A DNA stretch of 64,000 bases from Octopus sinensis (GCF_006345805.1 NC_043003.1:19468001-19532000), one strand, 5' to 3'. Positions 13,451-26,372 are shown, counted from the stretch's first letter. A program made the numbers and translations. Notes: generated by a model not told the origin, from the letters alone.

Positions 13451-14573
13451 TATCATTTTACTGTGACAAAACATCATCAATCACATAAACCAATTTCACT
13501 GTCGAAGCAGTGATTTCGCTGTTATATCGTTTCTTCTATTTAAAAAACAACAACATTTTTTTCTCTTTCGATCGCAAAATGTATTTCTTTTATTGCTCTT
13601 CAAGTGATTCGGAGCATCGCAGGATTTTTCTTACATCAGTCCCTTAGATGATTTATTTGCATTTCAAATCTGGTACATATTAAACTTAATATCTTAATGG
13701 TGTCAGATTAAAGGCTCCACAACGAAGCTATCATGATTTAATATTGATTTCTTTTTAAAGGAAAAACGATATGATCTGCTTTAATTCCATTTACATCTAG
13801 GATGCTTAGATGGAATATTAAATCGACCCACTTCTCGGCTCGTACTTTGTTTTATCGACCCCGGAAGGAGGAACGGCAAAGTTGATATTGGAGAGACTTG
13901 AACTTCGAAGACAGGCATTTTTCCCGATGTTCTACCAATTCTATTGATCCATTACCTATAGAGCACTTTTTTTTTCTTTATTTAAAACATTTTAGCGCTT
14001 CGGTGAAAGAAACTGATAGAATAAATACCAGGGTTTTTTTTTAATGCACTGGAGGTGATTCGTTCGACTAAAACCCTTCAAGGCGGTGCCCCAACATGGT
14101 CGCACTCCAATGAATGAAGCAAATATAAGATAAAAGATAATGACTGAGACATTCGAGGCTAGGTAACGCCCATGGCCCTTTTCCAAAACTCCAGAAGAAA
14201 ACTTCAGACTGGAGATCAGTCTCAAATTCTTGCAACAAACAAAATCACTAAAAAAAAATTGAAGGATTAGATGGTGGCGTTTATTCAGGTGACGAAGTAA
14301 GTTTCTTATCTCTCTGAGAAACAACTACTCCACCTAGCTTCCATTGAATTTCCATCTATCAAATTCCCCATGTAACGAATGCTTCAATCTGACTGGGTCA
14401 GATTAACTACATTAACTACCGGGTCGTTTTAACAACATTATACTTCCTCAAGTAAAGATAGATTAGCACAGGGTCTCTAGACTCGTGGGGCCCTGAACAA
14501 CTGTACAGTGTGCCTATGTTTCAAGACGGTGATATATCCATGATGTACCAATAACGGAGTCGAAAAGTCTTTA

Positions 14574-14940
14574 CTAGCACACTTGACCCAGCAACGCCGG
14601 GTCATAATGCTGGTGCATGCATATACAGCTGCGTGCGTGCGCACATACACGCGAGTACTGTCCAAATCTCCGACCAATCACATACAGCTAGCTGGCATTC
14701 AATTGGCGTATCAAGTTTTGGGCATTTTGATTGGGTTTTGGATAGAAAATTCACAAAAAAGTCACTTCTATTGATTTTTTAATGGCTTTGCGGGGTGACT
14801 GGGGAAATGTAAAGATGTGCACGACCACCCTTGGACGGTTTTGAATGATCATAGAAAGTGCGAGCCCTCTAACTGAAAAATTGTGGATTTGTATAAAGGG
14901 CACACACGCAGACATTTTGCCGTTTATATATAGAGAGAGA
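14574..14940 (-). mobile_element. Non-autonomous Helitron, same family as 9754, inverted
   Basis: A|TC start, 3' hairpin and CTAG|T end. Highly similar to 9754-10129. Confidence 0.85.
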
Positions 14941-16379
14941 TTACTCTGAGAGGAGAGCAACGTTCAGTGATCAGTCTTCTGTAGGTTGAAAGTGTTTCAG
15001 AAATTAGAATCCATCAAAAGTTTTCTGCACAGGCACAAATTCCGCCAAGGTCGACTTTGCCTTTCTTCCTTTCAGGGTCGATGACATATATACAAGTTGA
15101 GCACTGGGGCCGATGTAAACGGATTACCCTCTTTCCTAAAATTACTAGCTCTGTGTCAAAAATTGAAACCTCATAACAAAATACTGCATGACAAGCTAAG
15201 GCTTGAAATTCGAAACAAACGCCCTTAACTACAATTGAAATGCGCTGTGTTGTTGCTTGTCAGTGCCTGTCTACATACGGTGGTTCGCATAGTTGAAATC
15301 CTCCAGAAATTGAAATGGTGGGGTTTTTAAGCATCGTCTATTTATTCTTAACATTGCTCCTTCGGAATATCAGTGCTCCCATCAAAGCAATTTATGGGGC
15401 TGTCTGAACTTCTCTACTGCAGTAATCGTATTCTGCATTAATTTTCGTCTAAAGGGTTTTGCCCACATTTATGTTAGTTCTTGGATTATCAAAGAACTTC
15501 GATGGAACCAAATATCCATGTATGTCTAATGCAAACATTTCAGGACCCATGTACACGCACAATCCCGTTCAAAAGTTATTCTTCATAAAATAAACTCAAT
15601 TTAGATTAAACTTCTCTGCAGATTTGAATAAATATATTACCGTAATAATTGCTTCTAACATAGGCACATAGCTATAAATTTGGAGAGAAAGGAACAGTCG
15701 ATTATATTGACCCCAGTATTTAATTGGTATTTTATTGATCCCGTAAAGAAGGCGGGTAAAGTTTACCACAACCTGATTTGAATTGAGGACATAAGGACCT
15801 TGAATAAATACCACTAGGCATGTTATCTTAACATTTGTGTCTATCCACCGCCATACAAACAAACATAATTGTTTCTGATTTAGGTATAAGGACAGTAATT
15901 TTGAGGGAAGGGGGTCAGTTGAAACCATCGAACTCAGTAATTGGCTGATACTTCATGTTATCAAAACGGGGAGGATGAAAAACGAAGTTGACCGCGGCGG
16001 GATTTCAACTCAACATCTTAAGAGCCAAAAGAAATACTGCAAGTACTAAGATAAATAACAACAACAAAAACTAGTCTCTCAACGCGCTAACTGTTCTGCA
16101 GTTCAATGATTGATACAACGCAATAAACATAGATTTTCCTTTCAAAACGCAGTACTATTAAGTCTTACTCACTGACTTAATAGTTCTGTTCCGTAAACAT
16201 TGGAAACCTGAACTCTCGTAACCTGACCACATTTAGACCATGAGTCATAAACCTCGTCTTTAAACACACACACACATAAACACGTACGCACACACACACG
16301 TACACACATAGATATTATATATATATACACATACATATATATTATATATATTTACATATATATTATCCATCTCTCTCTC

Positions 16380-16428
<49 letters not shown>

Positions 16429-16816
16429 AGGCGCAATGGCCCAGTGGTTAGGGCAGCGGGCTCGCGGTTTCGATTCCCGGTTTTGTGTGTTTATTGAGCA
16501 AAAACACCTAAAGCACCACAAGGCTCCGGCAGGGGATGGTAGCGACCCCTGTTGTACTCTTTCGCACCAACTTTCTCTCACTCTTTCTTCCTGTTTCTTG
16601 AGTAACACTGTGATGGACTGACGTCCCGTCCAGCTGGGGGTAACACATACGCCACAGAAACCGGGAAACCGGACCCATGAGCCTGGCTAGGCTTGAAAAG
16701 GGCGCATAAATAAATAATATATATATATATAATGGAGTACTTAGTTGTGCCCATGACTTAGTATTTGCTGCTTCCATGGGTATGAGTAAGTATTTCATTT
16801 ATTTCTTTTGCCACAC

Positions 16817-16871
16817 GTATCACTGATGAAGAGAGGGCTCTTAGTAGCTAACTCTGAAATCGGTCCGATAT
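16817..16871 (+). ncRNA. Degenerate hammerhead fold
   Basis: TATCA-CTGATGA-A-GAG...CTCT-GAAAT-CG-GTC-CGATA. GUC site present, but helices I and III carry mismatches. Confidence 0.45.
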
Positions 16872-17221
16872 GGTAATAATGGAATTTTTTAGAAATTTCT
16901 GTCGACCTTTTTTCGAGTAGCGTGCGTATTGTGAAAAAATTATATGGTTAATGGACAATATGTCCAATTTTTTGGCATATTTGGCATTAGAATTTTTTTC
17001 CTTTGCCCTCATTTATGAATTGTTTATAAATTTAACCGTTAAAGGTATTATTTATGGCCATTGATGAAATTTTTTTCGAGAAAATATATTTTTTTCGAAA
17101 AGAATTTTATCCTCACATTTGTTATATATATATATATACATCCGAAAAAGTATAAATCCGAAAAAGTATAAATCCGAAAAAGAAGTTATAGAGCAGTATA
17201 TGATATATAAAAGTTAGAATA

Positions 17222-17564
17222 GGCCGGTTTATAGGATTGCCTTTGGTGGCGAAAATAAATAATACGTACACTCAGTTTTTACGGTTAGGGTTAGGGTTAA
17301 GGTTTAGGGTTTGGGTTAGGGGTTAGGGTTTTTGTTACGCCGAAAACGGGTGGTGTACGTATTCTTTACCTCCGCCCCTTAGTTTTCACGTTCATGAAGC
17401 GCTTAGCTTTACGGCGCATCATCATATCCCAAAACCTGTTGGTATAAGGCCTCTCTACAAAATTCTAGAGAGGCCTTAAACCAACAGGTTTTGGGATCTG
17501 ATGACACGCCGTAAAGCTAAGCGCTTTATGGACGTAAAGCCAAAGGTAGTCCCATAAACCGGCC
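17222..17564. mobile_element. Palindromic MITE with a (TTAGGG)n-like tract
   Basis: TIR GGCCGGTTTAT/ATAAACCGGCC, inner hairpin at about 17395-17530, TTAGGG variants at 17284-17330. No TSD seen. Confidence 0.7.
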
Positions 17565-17736
17565 GATTGTAAATTTTATATTATATATATATAAATATTA
17601 CGGAGATGTACTCGCATAGCAAGTAATTTGATCTGAGATCGTGTGCTGAAACGAAAACAATTGCAGCGTGGAAGGTGTTTATAAGCCATTTAAGAAACAC
17701 AAAAGCCGTTCGATTCACTTCAACATTTACGTTTAA

Positions 17737-17785
17737 TTTGTCAAAATATTTTCGTCGCTAAAATCCACGACCTGTTCACTGACAA
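17737..17785 (-). ncRNA. Hammerhead-like fold with swapped core (GTGAACA, G3-C8)
   Basis: TTTGTCA-GTGAACA-G-GTCG(TGGATTTAG)CGAC-GAAAATATTT-TGACAAA. Helix I has 7 bp and helix III is the palindrome AATATT. Confidence 0.5.
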
Positions 17786-18422
17786 AAATCCGTGCTGCAT
17801 ATAAATATATATATAAATACACACACACATATGAGAATATATTTGGGGATTTGAAAATGCACATGAATCAGAAAAACGTGTAGTCGTTTTTAAATGGATT
17901 TAGTCACTTATCAAAATAGTTTCGACAATGTTTTTGCTTATCAATGGTATAATTATATATGAGAAAAAAAAGTGGGGATGGAGAGTTTAAAATTGCAAGA
18001 TAAAAACTGGACAAACATGTTTAAACTATCAAGTGTTCAAATATTCACAGAAATTTCAATGAGTTTCACAAGGATAGATAGTAATACCAATGTTTGGCGA
18101 AGATCATAACAAAAGTACAGTATTGAAAGTTCAATCGTATTTAGACTTTATAGAATAAGTGGAGAAGAAAGAGAAAAAGGTAGAGAGAGAAAGAAAAGAG
18201 GTTTCTTTACAATTTCTGTCGTGTCGCGTGTAGTTCTTTTTTCAGTTTCAATCTCGGTGCATTTGTATCTTCACCTTTCACGGCTTGTTGGAGAGAGAGA
18301 GAGAGAGAGATACGATCTCTCTCTCTCTCTCCCTAAATATATATATCATTTTTTCTCATTTTATCTAGTTTCAGCTCACTAGCTGTGGCCATGGTGGGGC
18401 ACCGCCTTTCAAAATTTATACA

Positions 18423-18482
18423 GGTTCTGGTGAGGATCGAACTCACAACCTTCTGCTTATAAAGCAGACGTGATAACCACTA
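18423..18482 (-). pseudogene. tRNA-Val(TAC)-derived pseudogene, 5'-truncated, anticodon reads TAT
   Basis: TAGTGGTTATCACGTCTGCTTTATAAGCAGAAGGTTGTGAGTTCGATCCTCACCAGAACC matches the D, anticodon and T arms of tRNA-Val. The 5' acceptor strand is replaced by (TA)n. Confidence 0.65.
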
Positions 18483-18483
18483 T

Positions 18484-18557
<74 letters not shown>
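18481..18557. repeat. (TA)n microsatellite, one of many
   Basis: Other (TA)/(CA)/(GA)/(CAT) tracts at about 11085, 16315-16425, 21126-21187, 22455-22500, 22725-22828, 23252-23312, 26700, 26890, 47455-47540, 49725-49790 and 50815-50880. Confidence 0.95.
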
Positions 18558-18560
<3 letters not shown>

Positions 18561-18615
18561 TTTTCAAAATGTAACCACATGTGAATCGTTGGCGATTTCT
18601 ATTGGACTTAACGCT

Positions 18616-18651
18616 GTTTCTGAAGAAGAGCGTCTGCTCGAAACGTTAAAC
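18616..18651 (+). ncRNA. Minimal hammerhead ribozyme fold
   Basis: GTTT-CTGAAGA-A-GAGC(GTCT)GCTC-GAAAC-GTT-AAAC, with palindromic helix III ACGT. Confidence 0.7.
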
Positions 18652-18762
18652 CATCTCTCTTTCCTTTCCTGAGCGTCTGCTAATATATTACATGTACCAC
18701 GTTCTCACATTGTTGTTTTTTTTCTGTGTTTGTTCTTTTTTGAGATTTACTATATATATATA

Positions 18763-19656
18763 GTAGAATTAGCGGAGGTACCCGGTAATACTCAGGAGCG
18801 GGGATATTCCCAGTACCCATTAGAATGCCAAATTTCTCTCAGATGAAAAATGAAATCACGACATTGGTCAAATAATAGAAGGCATAAGCGAATTCATTCA
18901 CGAAATAATAATACAAATAAATACGTGCGGAATCGGAAAATGACAATCCATTGATTATATGAGTGGACAGCCGCAAATATATAAACGATGGAAACATCAA
19001 GAAGGGAACTGTAAAGGAGTGCCTTGAAAAAAAAAGAACATAAAAGTTTGAAAAGTAAACAAAAAATTATTTTGAGAAAAAACACTTAATTTGACGACTG
19101 TGTTTCATGGGTATAGTTCCACTGATCGTGAGAATGAAATACCGATTGCAACGGTTAGAAGCGATAATTTTAAATGCAGGTGTTGAGAAAATACATATTT
19201 CAGCAACCCGAAAATGTTGAAATAATTGATGAACATTTTGACCCCACAACAATTTAGGCCAAATTTCGTTAATCAGTTAATCAAAGATCATATTACGCTT
19301 TTCTTGAGTGGCCTAGGTAAAAAAAATTATTTGTTTCAACCCATCCTTAGCGCATATTCCATCTGGATATAAAATTTCAAGAAAATCGGTTGAAAACTTT
19401 AAAAGTTATAACAGAAAATAACATCCATGAGAGAATTTGCATTGAAATGCCCTATTGATTTTTGAAAAATTGATGCTGATTAAAAATTTTCGATTTTTTT
19501 GAAATTCCAAGTCCGTAAGTGACCGCATGGACATAAGCCCTCCACACGTGTCAAATTCTATCAAGATCAGTTGGATAGTCTCGGAGGAGTTAAAGTAACA
19601 CATTTACAAATATATACAGCCACAAACAGACAGAAATTGTCATTTATGTATATAGA
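18763..19656 (-). mobile_element. Probable non-autonomous Helitron, second family
   Basis: A|TCTATATACATAAATG start, degenerate CCCGG hairpin and a CTAC end (CTAG variant). Confidence 0.45.
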
Positions 19657-21143
19657 TAAGAATAGCAAGTATTATATATTTGAAAAAATGAAATAGCTTT
19701 TCTGATAACTTTTCCATTTTAATAATTAGATGTTTGTAAGTTTCTTGCTTAAAAGCGGTTTTCAAACTGATATTTTAGAGTTTGTTATTCCTTGTTTAAA
19801 TAGGATGTCTTTAATTACAAACATACGTACAAACACTACCATACACCTTCACACACACACTTGTACATTTACAGCAGCTGTTTCTTAACCACACAGCCAT
19901 GTCTGCATTTGTATATGTCTTTATTTTCCTTCATAGTAGAATCATTCTTATCGGAAATACAGAAACAATTATCAAATTTCTTTAAATATATTTCATTAAA
20001 GGCTCTACATTTGTTTTAGTTTATTTGTTTCTATTTTTAAAATTCTTCGTATTGAAACTTTAAAGTTAAGCCTCAATGGATTCAGTCGCCACTCTATTTC
20101 CACTTGCTTTTTCTCTACTTCTCAGTACTGGTTGGTCTCATATCACCTTCACCTGGGTACGTCCAGGACGTTTAAGCAAGGGAGTGGGATCGTTTGGCAA
20201 ATCAGTCTGGGTGCCTGGAGGGCGAGGGAGAATGTTCGACAGACACGTTCCTCAAAATACATAAATAAAATTTTTCATCATTCATTTATTGTGAAAGGAT
20301 CCCTTCCATGGGATCCCAAAACTATCACGTTTCGTCTTGTAAAATTTCTTCCAGAGGCTCTACACTTGTCCCCCTTTTTGTAAACCCATATTTGGTCTTA
20401 ATGCCACTCCATATTCACAAGCAAAGCACCAGAATACACGATCTTTTCTCCACAGAACATCAGTTAGTCCACTGGAATTCCTTGCCGATGTCTCCTCCTC
20501 CACCACGCTGTACAGTTTATTAGCTGCACCAGTTTCACCGGTATTGGACGTCTCTGCAAAACTATGAACACACCCCTTCCGCCAGACAAAACCTTGATTT
20601 TAAAAAAAGACGCTACGACAATTGAAGCCTTTGTTGAACAGTTATTTCACTTTGCAGACAAAGCTAATGTCACTGGTGAAGATATTTATGATATAACATC
20701 CAACGGCGACTAAACTTCGGAATTGTTTTATGTAGAAAAATACAGCGGGAATCTATTCAAGCTGCGTCAAAGAAAAGGTTAAATTTATATTAAGAAAGTA
20801 TGTCATTAAAATATCACTAAAACTACACATTCTGCCGCCTTCATTTTATTTGCTCATTTTTTAAAATTATATGTTTGCAGGAAGGCGTTGAGTACACCGA
20901 TTTTGCCTTTCATCTTTTTTTGGATCGATAAAATAAGTTCTATTTTAGCACTGGATTCGATGTAATCCACTCATACTCTTTCCCGAAGATTGCTATCTTT
21001 GTGCCAAAATTTGAAACCATTATTTGTTTGTGGGGAAATGAGGAAAGAAAAATATGCACTGTTCTTTGACATTCAACTAAATAACTACAAGTAAAGTTTC
21101 AGTTACATGTTACCTAAATTGGATTCTATATACATATACATAC

Positions 21144-21190
<47 letters not shown>

Positions 21191-22456
21191 TTGTTAGCTT
21201 CTTTTGATATTCAAATATGAATGTTTGAGTTCTAAAAGCCAAGTTAGTTGTTTTTATGTCAACAACAATACGAAACATGGTAATGTTTATCAAAGCATCT
21301 CTGACATCAGCTGATGGTGCAGGTGATAGCATAAGAAACGTTTAATTTTAGTGCCGAAAATTTCCTTACAAACAAACATTCAAGAACTTCCTGGGGAAAA
21401 CGTATAGAAAGGAAGTTGAGATTCAACTCGGCGGCGGTGGTGGTGACGGTGGTTGTGGTGGCGGTGGTGGTGGCGGCGATAGCGGCGGGGATATTTTAGT
21501 TTATTGCAACAGGAAGTTATGTGTTTTCAGTCTTACGTTTGATAAAATGATTTTCATAATAATGTTTTTCTCTTTCTCTGAGAATTACTTCTCGTTTCAT
21601 ACACATGTATTTATCTGTTGTAATTAAATATTGGTTACAAATTTTGGCACAAGTCCAGTAATTACAGTTGCAGAAGTTTGTCGATTAGTATCGATCCCAC
21701 TATTCAACTGGTACTTATTTTATTGACTCCGAAAGGACGAATGACAAAGTCGACCTCGGCGAAATTTGAACACAGAACGTAGAGACGGACAAAATGCTGC
21801 TTACGATTCAGTCACCTCGCGGCCTTCAGTTGTAATAAAATATTCAATTTAAATTTTGGCACAAGGCCAGCAATTTCAGGGGAGGGGTTTTGTCGATGAC
21901 ATCGATCCTTATGCTCAACTGGTACTTATTTTATCGACCCCGAAAGGATGAAAGGCAAATTCGACCTCGGTGGAATTTAAAGTTGTAAAGAAATATTGTG
22001 AAGTGAAAGGTTAAAGTGTTATTAATGAAACATGACTGAAGATAATTTCCCTTTTTGCTTACAATTCAACATGTTGCCACAACACATACTTAAACAATGT
22101 TATTCTCGCCTCAAAGATATTTGCACTGCGATGTAAATAGATAGCTTAAACTGTGATATACACTGAATCTTACCTTTATCTTATGGTGTAAAGAAGGTGA
22201 AATCCATAACCACTGAAGTTGAGAGAAGCAAACTCAGAGTGTGTGCGCGCGAGCGAGCGCGTGTTCTTTTACTTGTTTCAGTCATTTGGACCCTAGGACT
22301 TATTTTTCTTTTTAAAGTCTGGTACTTATTCTATTGGTTTTTTTCTTTTTTACCGACCTATTAATGTTACGGGGCCGTGAAAAAACCCCCCAAAAATCCT
22401 AGTTGTCAAGCGACAGGGGGAAAACACAGACACAAAGACACACACTCAGTTATATG

Positions 22457-22502
<46 letters not shown>

Positions 22503-22603
22503 GGAGTAAACACATAAATGTGAAACAAGGTGGAAAAAAGAGTACTCAATACCAGTGGTAGAGTTATATGCTTTATTTAAAGCAACAGAAAATTCAACAA
22601 AAT

Positions 22604-22641
22604 CTGTTACTCTGAGTTTCTCGTTGCCGTTCATCAGACAG
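22604..22641 (-). ncRNA. Minimal hammerhead fold, left arm of an inverted pair
   Basis: CTGT-CTGATGA-A-CG(GCAA)CG-A-GAAAC-TCAGA-GTA-ACAG. Confidence 0.65.
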
Positions 22642-22653
22642 TTCTAGCAAAAA

Positions 22654-22691
22654 CTATCTGATGAACGGCAACGAGAAACTCAGAGTAACAG
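22654..22691 (+). ncRNA. Minimal hammerhead fold, right arm of an inverted pair
   Basis: Same sequence as the left arm, with one helix-I mismatch (CTAT vs ACAG). Confidence 0.6.
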
Positions 22692-22748
22692 ATTTTGTTG
22701 AATTTTCTGCTGCTTTAAATAAAGTATATATATATATATTATATATAT

Positions 22749-22809
<61 letters not shown>

Positions 22810-23112
22810 ATATATATATATATATATACCTTCGAAACACGGAGTAGATGAAGCGGAGGCGGCTGAAGAAGGGGAATTTCCCTTGTGTTGTATGTCTTGT
22901 ACCATGTTTTTTCGTTGTTTAAAAAAATGTCCGTTTCCATGGTTCTGTTTTTATGTTTTCGTTTCTCGTTGTGTTCGACGGTTTTTTGGTGTCCTGTACT
23001 CATATATGCATGTATAGTTAGTTAATCCAAACAAGAAAGCACAAAAAAAAACACAACAACGCGAGGACGTGGAACAAATATAGTATTATTGGACGCTCAG
23101 GAAAGAAGGAGG

Positions 23113-23147
23113 GTTTAACGTTTCGAGCGGAGCTCTTCGTCGGAAAC
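23113..23147 (-). ncRNA. Hammerhead fold of the same family as 18616, core mutated (CCGACGA)
   Basis: Minus strand reads GTTT-CCGACGA-A-GAGC(TCC)GCTC-GAAAC-GTT-AAAC. Confidence 0.55.
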
Positions 23148-23248
23148 ATAGGAGTAGGGAAGACAGAGGAAAAAAATCGCCAACGGTACACAGATGTAGG
23201 TACATACATATATGTATGTATATATGCATGTTTTATTTATTATTTTGT

Positions 23249-23312
<64 letters not shown>

Positions 23313-23766
23313 ATCGGCGTAGCTTGGGTTTTGCCGCCCTCTTCCTTAATCATAACTTAATGCGTTCGAGAATCACGTCTACATCGTGAGCTACATTAAC
23401 GATTATGTTTATCAATAAGTGACTTTTGTAGTAATATTCCATACAAACATATTGAAAATTGCGTATAAAATTAAAAATTTGAGACAGCAATGAAAAACAT
23501 TCTTTTTCTTCTTTTTTTTTTAAGGACATATTACATCTTTAGCTAGAAGGTTGTGTCTCTGGCCCTTTTACAGCAAATCTCGCTTCTCGTGAACTGCATA
23601 TAAAATGATGGAAATAATACCAAAAACGAGCTTTCAATTAACAGCGACACTTTATTCTTCAGCTAAATAAAATTATACAACGAATCAGATAACTACAGTC
23701 AACCTCAGTTACACATCCTTCTGCAGGAACGAAAATATGTGTCATAGCTTCCTAAAAACAAACTCT

Positions 23767-24389
23767 GGATCTTTTCCTTTTGAACGGCAGATGTTAACAC
23801 AATTTCTAGTTAACCAAACACTTTTAAACTTCGTATACTGGTAGAATGTGTTTATAAAACATCTTTTTCTCTTGGTTTTATTGAGAAAATTCTATAGTTG
23901 GTAAGATATTTCGTCTGAAAATCCGAGCATTTCGGCAATTTTAACCAATCGATTACCTCCATTCAACTAAAATCATTTGCTGCGTCTAAAACTGAGACAA
24001 CATCCTGTAACTAACCCTAACCCTATTTTTTTTTCTTAATTGTTAAATTAATTTAATTCCATTGCTTTAGTTTTTTTTACACGCATAGCAATTAAATTAA
24101 TTTAACAATTAAGAAAAAAAAAAATTTAGGGTTAGGGTTAGCGGGGAGGTTTAGGGATAGTTACAGGATGTTGTCTCAGTTTTAGACGCAGCAAATGATT
24201 TTAGCTCAAAAGAGAGCATAGGATTGGTTAAATTTCAAAAAATTAAACTACGTTAAACAAACAAATTACAATTTTCTCAAGAAAGCCAAGAGAAAAAAAA
24301 TGTTTTATTTTGACACATTCTACCAGTATACGAAGTTTTAAAGTGTTTAGTTAACTAGAAATTGTCTGCCGTTCAAAAGGAAAAGATCC
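23767..24389. mobile_element. Fold-back element with telomere-like repeats (Merlin-like)
   Basis: About 620-bp imperfect palindrome GGATCTTTTCCTTTTGAACGGCAG...CTGCCGTTCAAAAGGAAAAGATCC, 8-bp TSD CAAACTCT, internal CTAACC/TTAGGG tracts. Confidence 0.85.
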
Positions 24390-24965
24390 CAAACTCTTCC
24401 CTCTGATAAAATGATAAACTTCATGCTATTTATTAACAAGAAATGACTCAAGCCGACATTTAGAATTTGCCGCGTTTGGTAGTATATTGCACAACGCGAT
24501 TGAATATGCACTCCGTATCCCAGTAAAACTAGACCGATCCAAATGCCTAACTTGACAATCATTAGAGACTTGCGCGTGGAGCTGTTTTGAGAGTACTTAA
24601 GTCTAAATATGCAATTATAAAATTAGTCTCGCTACACATATATTGCTGATGCTTTTATCCAATAGTGTTCTTGCAGGTCGAGAAAAGCTCTTGTGACCCA
24701 AATGTCTATTTGGTTCCAGAGAATGTTGTTGTAGGTGTCCAAACATTTATTTATTCGCAAACATAAATCACTGGAGAATAATATTTCTGTAGAATGCTCG
24801 ATTGGTCACCAGCAAAGTTAGATTTCCAAAGATTGACAATAATCGCATTAAGAACAAGGAAAGTCACTGCATATATATAACCATATTAACCTGTACTTGA
24901 ATGTGTAGTTCAGTCCTATCTGAAAGGGATCAGTTGCTGAGTTCACAATTAGAATGAAGCCCCAA

Positions 24966-25367
24966 GGCGGCGAGCTGACAGAAACGTTAGCACGCCGGGC
25001 GAAATGCGTAGCCGTACTTCGTCTGCTGTTACGTTCTGAGTTCAAATTCCGCTGAGGTCGACTTTGCCTTTCATCCTTTCGGGGGTCGATAAATTAAGTA
25101 CCAGTTAAGCACTGGCGTCGAAATAATCGACTTAATCCGTTTGTCCCCTCTGTGTTTAGTACCTTGTGGGTAGTAAAGAAATAGGTATTTCGTCTGCCGT
25201 TACATTCTGAGTTCAAATTCCGCTGAGGTCGACTTTGCCTTTCATCCTTTCAGGGTCGATAAAATAAGTACCGGTTACGCACTGGGGTCGACGTAATCGA
25301 CTTAATCCGTATGTCTGTCCTTCTTTGTCCCCTCTATCTTTAGCCCCTTGTGGGCAATAAAGAAATA
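24966..25367 (+). mobile_element. tRNA-derived SINE, family C, one head + two bodies
   Basis: 15-bp TSD AGAATGAAGCCCCAA at 24951 and 25368. Monomer or partial copies at about 13810, 15040, 15670, 21640-21990, 27050-27255, 35875, 36240, 41440, 44420, 50200 and 62010. Confidence 0.9.
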
Positions 25368-25979
25368 AGAATGAAGCCCCAAAGATTTAGGCTACATCAC
25401 AACTGTCTAACGGTAGATCGTGTGCAGATTGTGGGGTTGGATGGGGGAAAGTTTTATTTCTCTGTCTAGCTGTGTTCTAAGTGACTCTGTAAATTTCAGT
25501 TTCTCAAGATTGGTACTGAGGCAATTAGTAGGTAGTAAAGTGCTTCAGCACTTTAGGTAGTAAAGTGCTCCAGTAATTAATAGTGGAAATCTAAAGTCCT
25601 AGGTCCGTATGAAGTATCTGCAGTATCCTTTAGCATTATACTGACATCAGCTGGCTAACTGAGTTCAACTACTGTACCTAATTTCTTCTTTTCTCTGTTT
25701 CAGATTATTATCTATGGTCTGTTGCGCTGGCATTTATTGAAAGCTTGGCAGGAACGTCCCATCTGTATTCTTATGAATTATGTGTTTATGCCCCACCGCC
25801 CACTTCACCACGACATATCACAGTAGCTTCTTATACCTGTCTCTACAGGACTGTCTGCACGTCTGTATGTGAATATGTCTGTCTGTCAGAATATCTATCT
25901 GTCTATATCTCTATCTGCCAGCATATCCGTCTGTTAGTATGCTTATTCATCAGTATATCTGTCCTGTATATCTATATGT

Positions 25980-26372
25980 AGTGGAGGCGCAATGGCCCAG
26001 TCGTTAGGGCAGCGGACTCGCGGTCATAGGATCGCGGTTTCGATTCCCAGACCGGGCGTTGTGAGTGTTTATTGAGCGAAAACACCTAAAAGTTCCACGA
26101 GGCTCCGGCAGGGGATGGTGGTGATCCCTGCTGTACTCTTTCACCACAACTTTCTCTCACTCTTACTTCCTGTTTCTGTTGTACCTGTATTTCAAAGGGC
26201 CGGCCTTGTCACTCTCTGTGTCACGCTGAATATCCCCGAGAACTACGTTAAGGGTACACGTGTCTGTGGAGTGCTCAGCCACTTACACGTTAATTTCACG
26301 AGCAGGCTGTTCCGTTGATTCGGATCAACCGGAACCCTCGTCGTCGTAACTGACGGAGTGTTTCCATTCCAT
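25980..26372 (+). mobile_element. tRNA-derived SINE, family B
   Basis: GTGGAGGCGCAATGGCCCAGT.GTTAGGGC...GGTTTCGATTCC head. Other copies at 16424-16712(+), 38345-38650(-), 45072-45390(+) and 45670-45828(-). Confidence 0.9.

Noticed and set aside
14184-14297. First coding exon of the hydrolase gene
   Set aside because: It has a good GTAAGT donor, but the ATG frame stops unless the A9 run is miscalled, and the phase does not fit.
22446-23209. ORFs with YIYI/CVCV runs here and elsewhere
   Set aside because: They are microsatellite translations.
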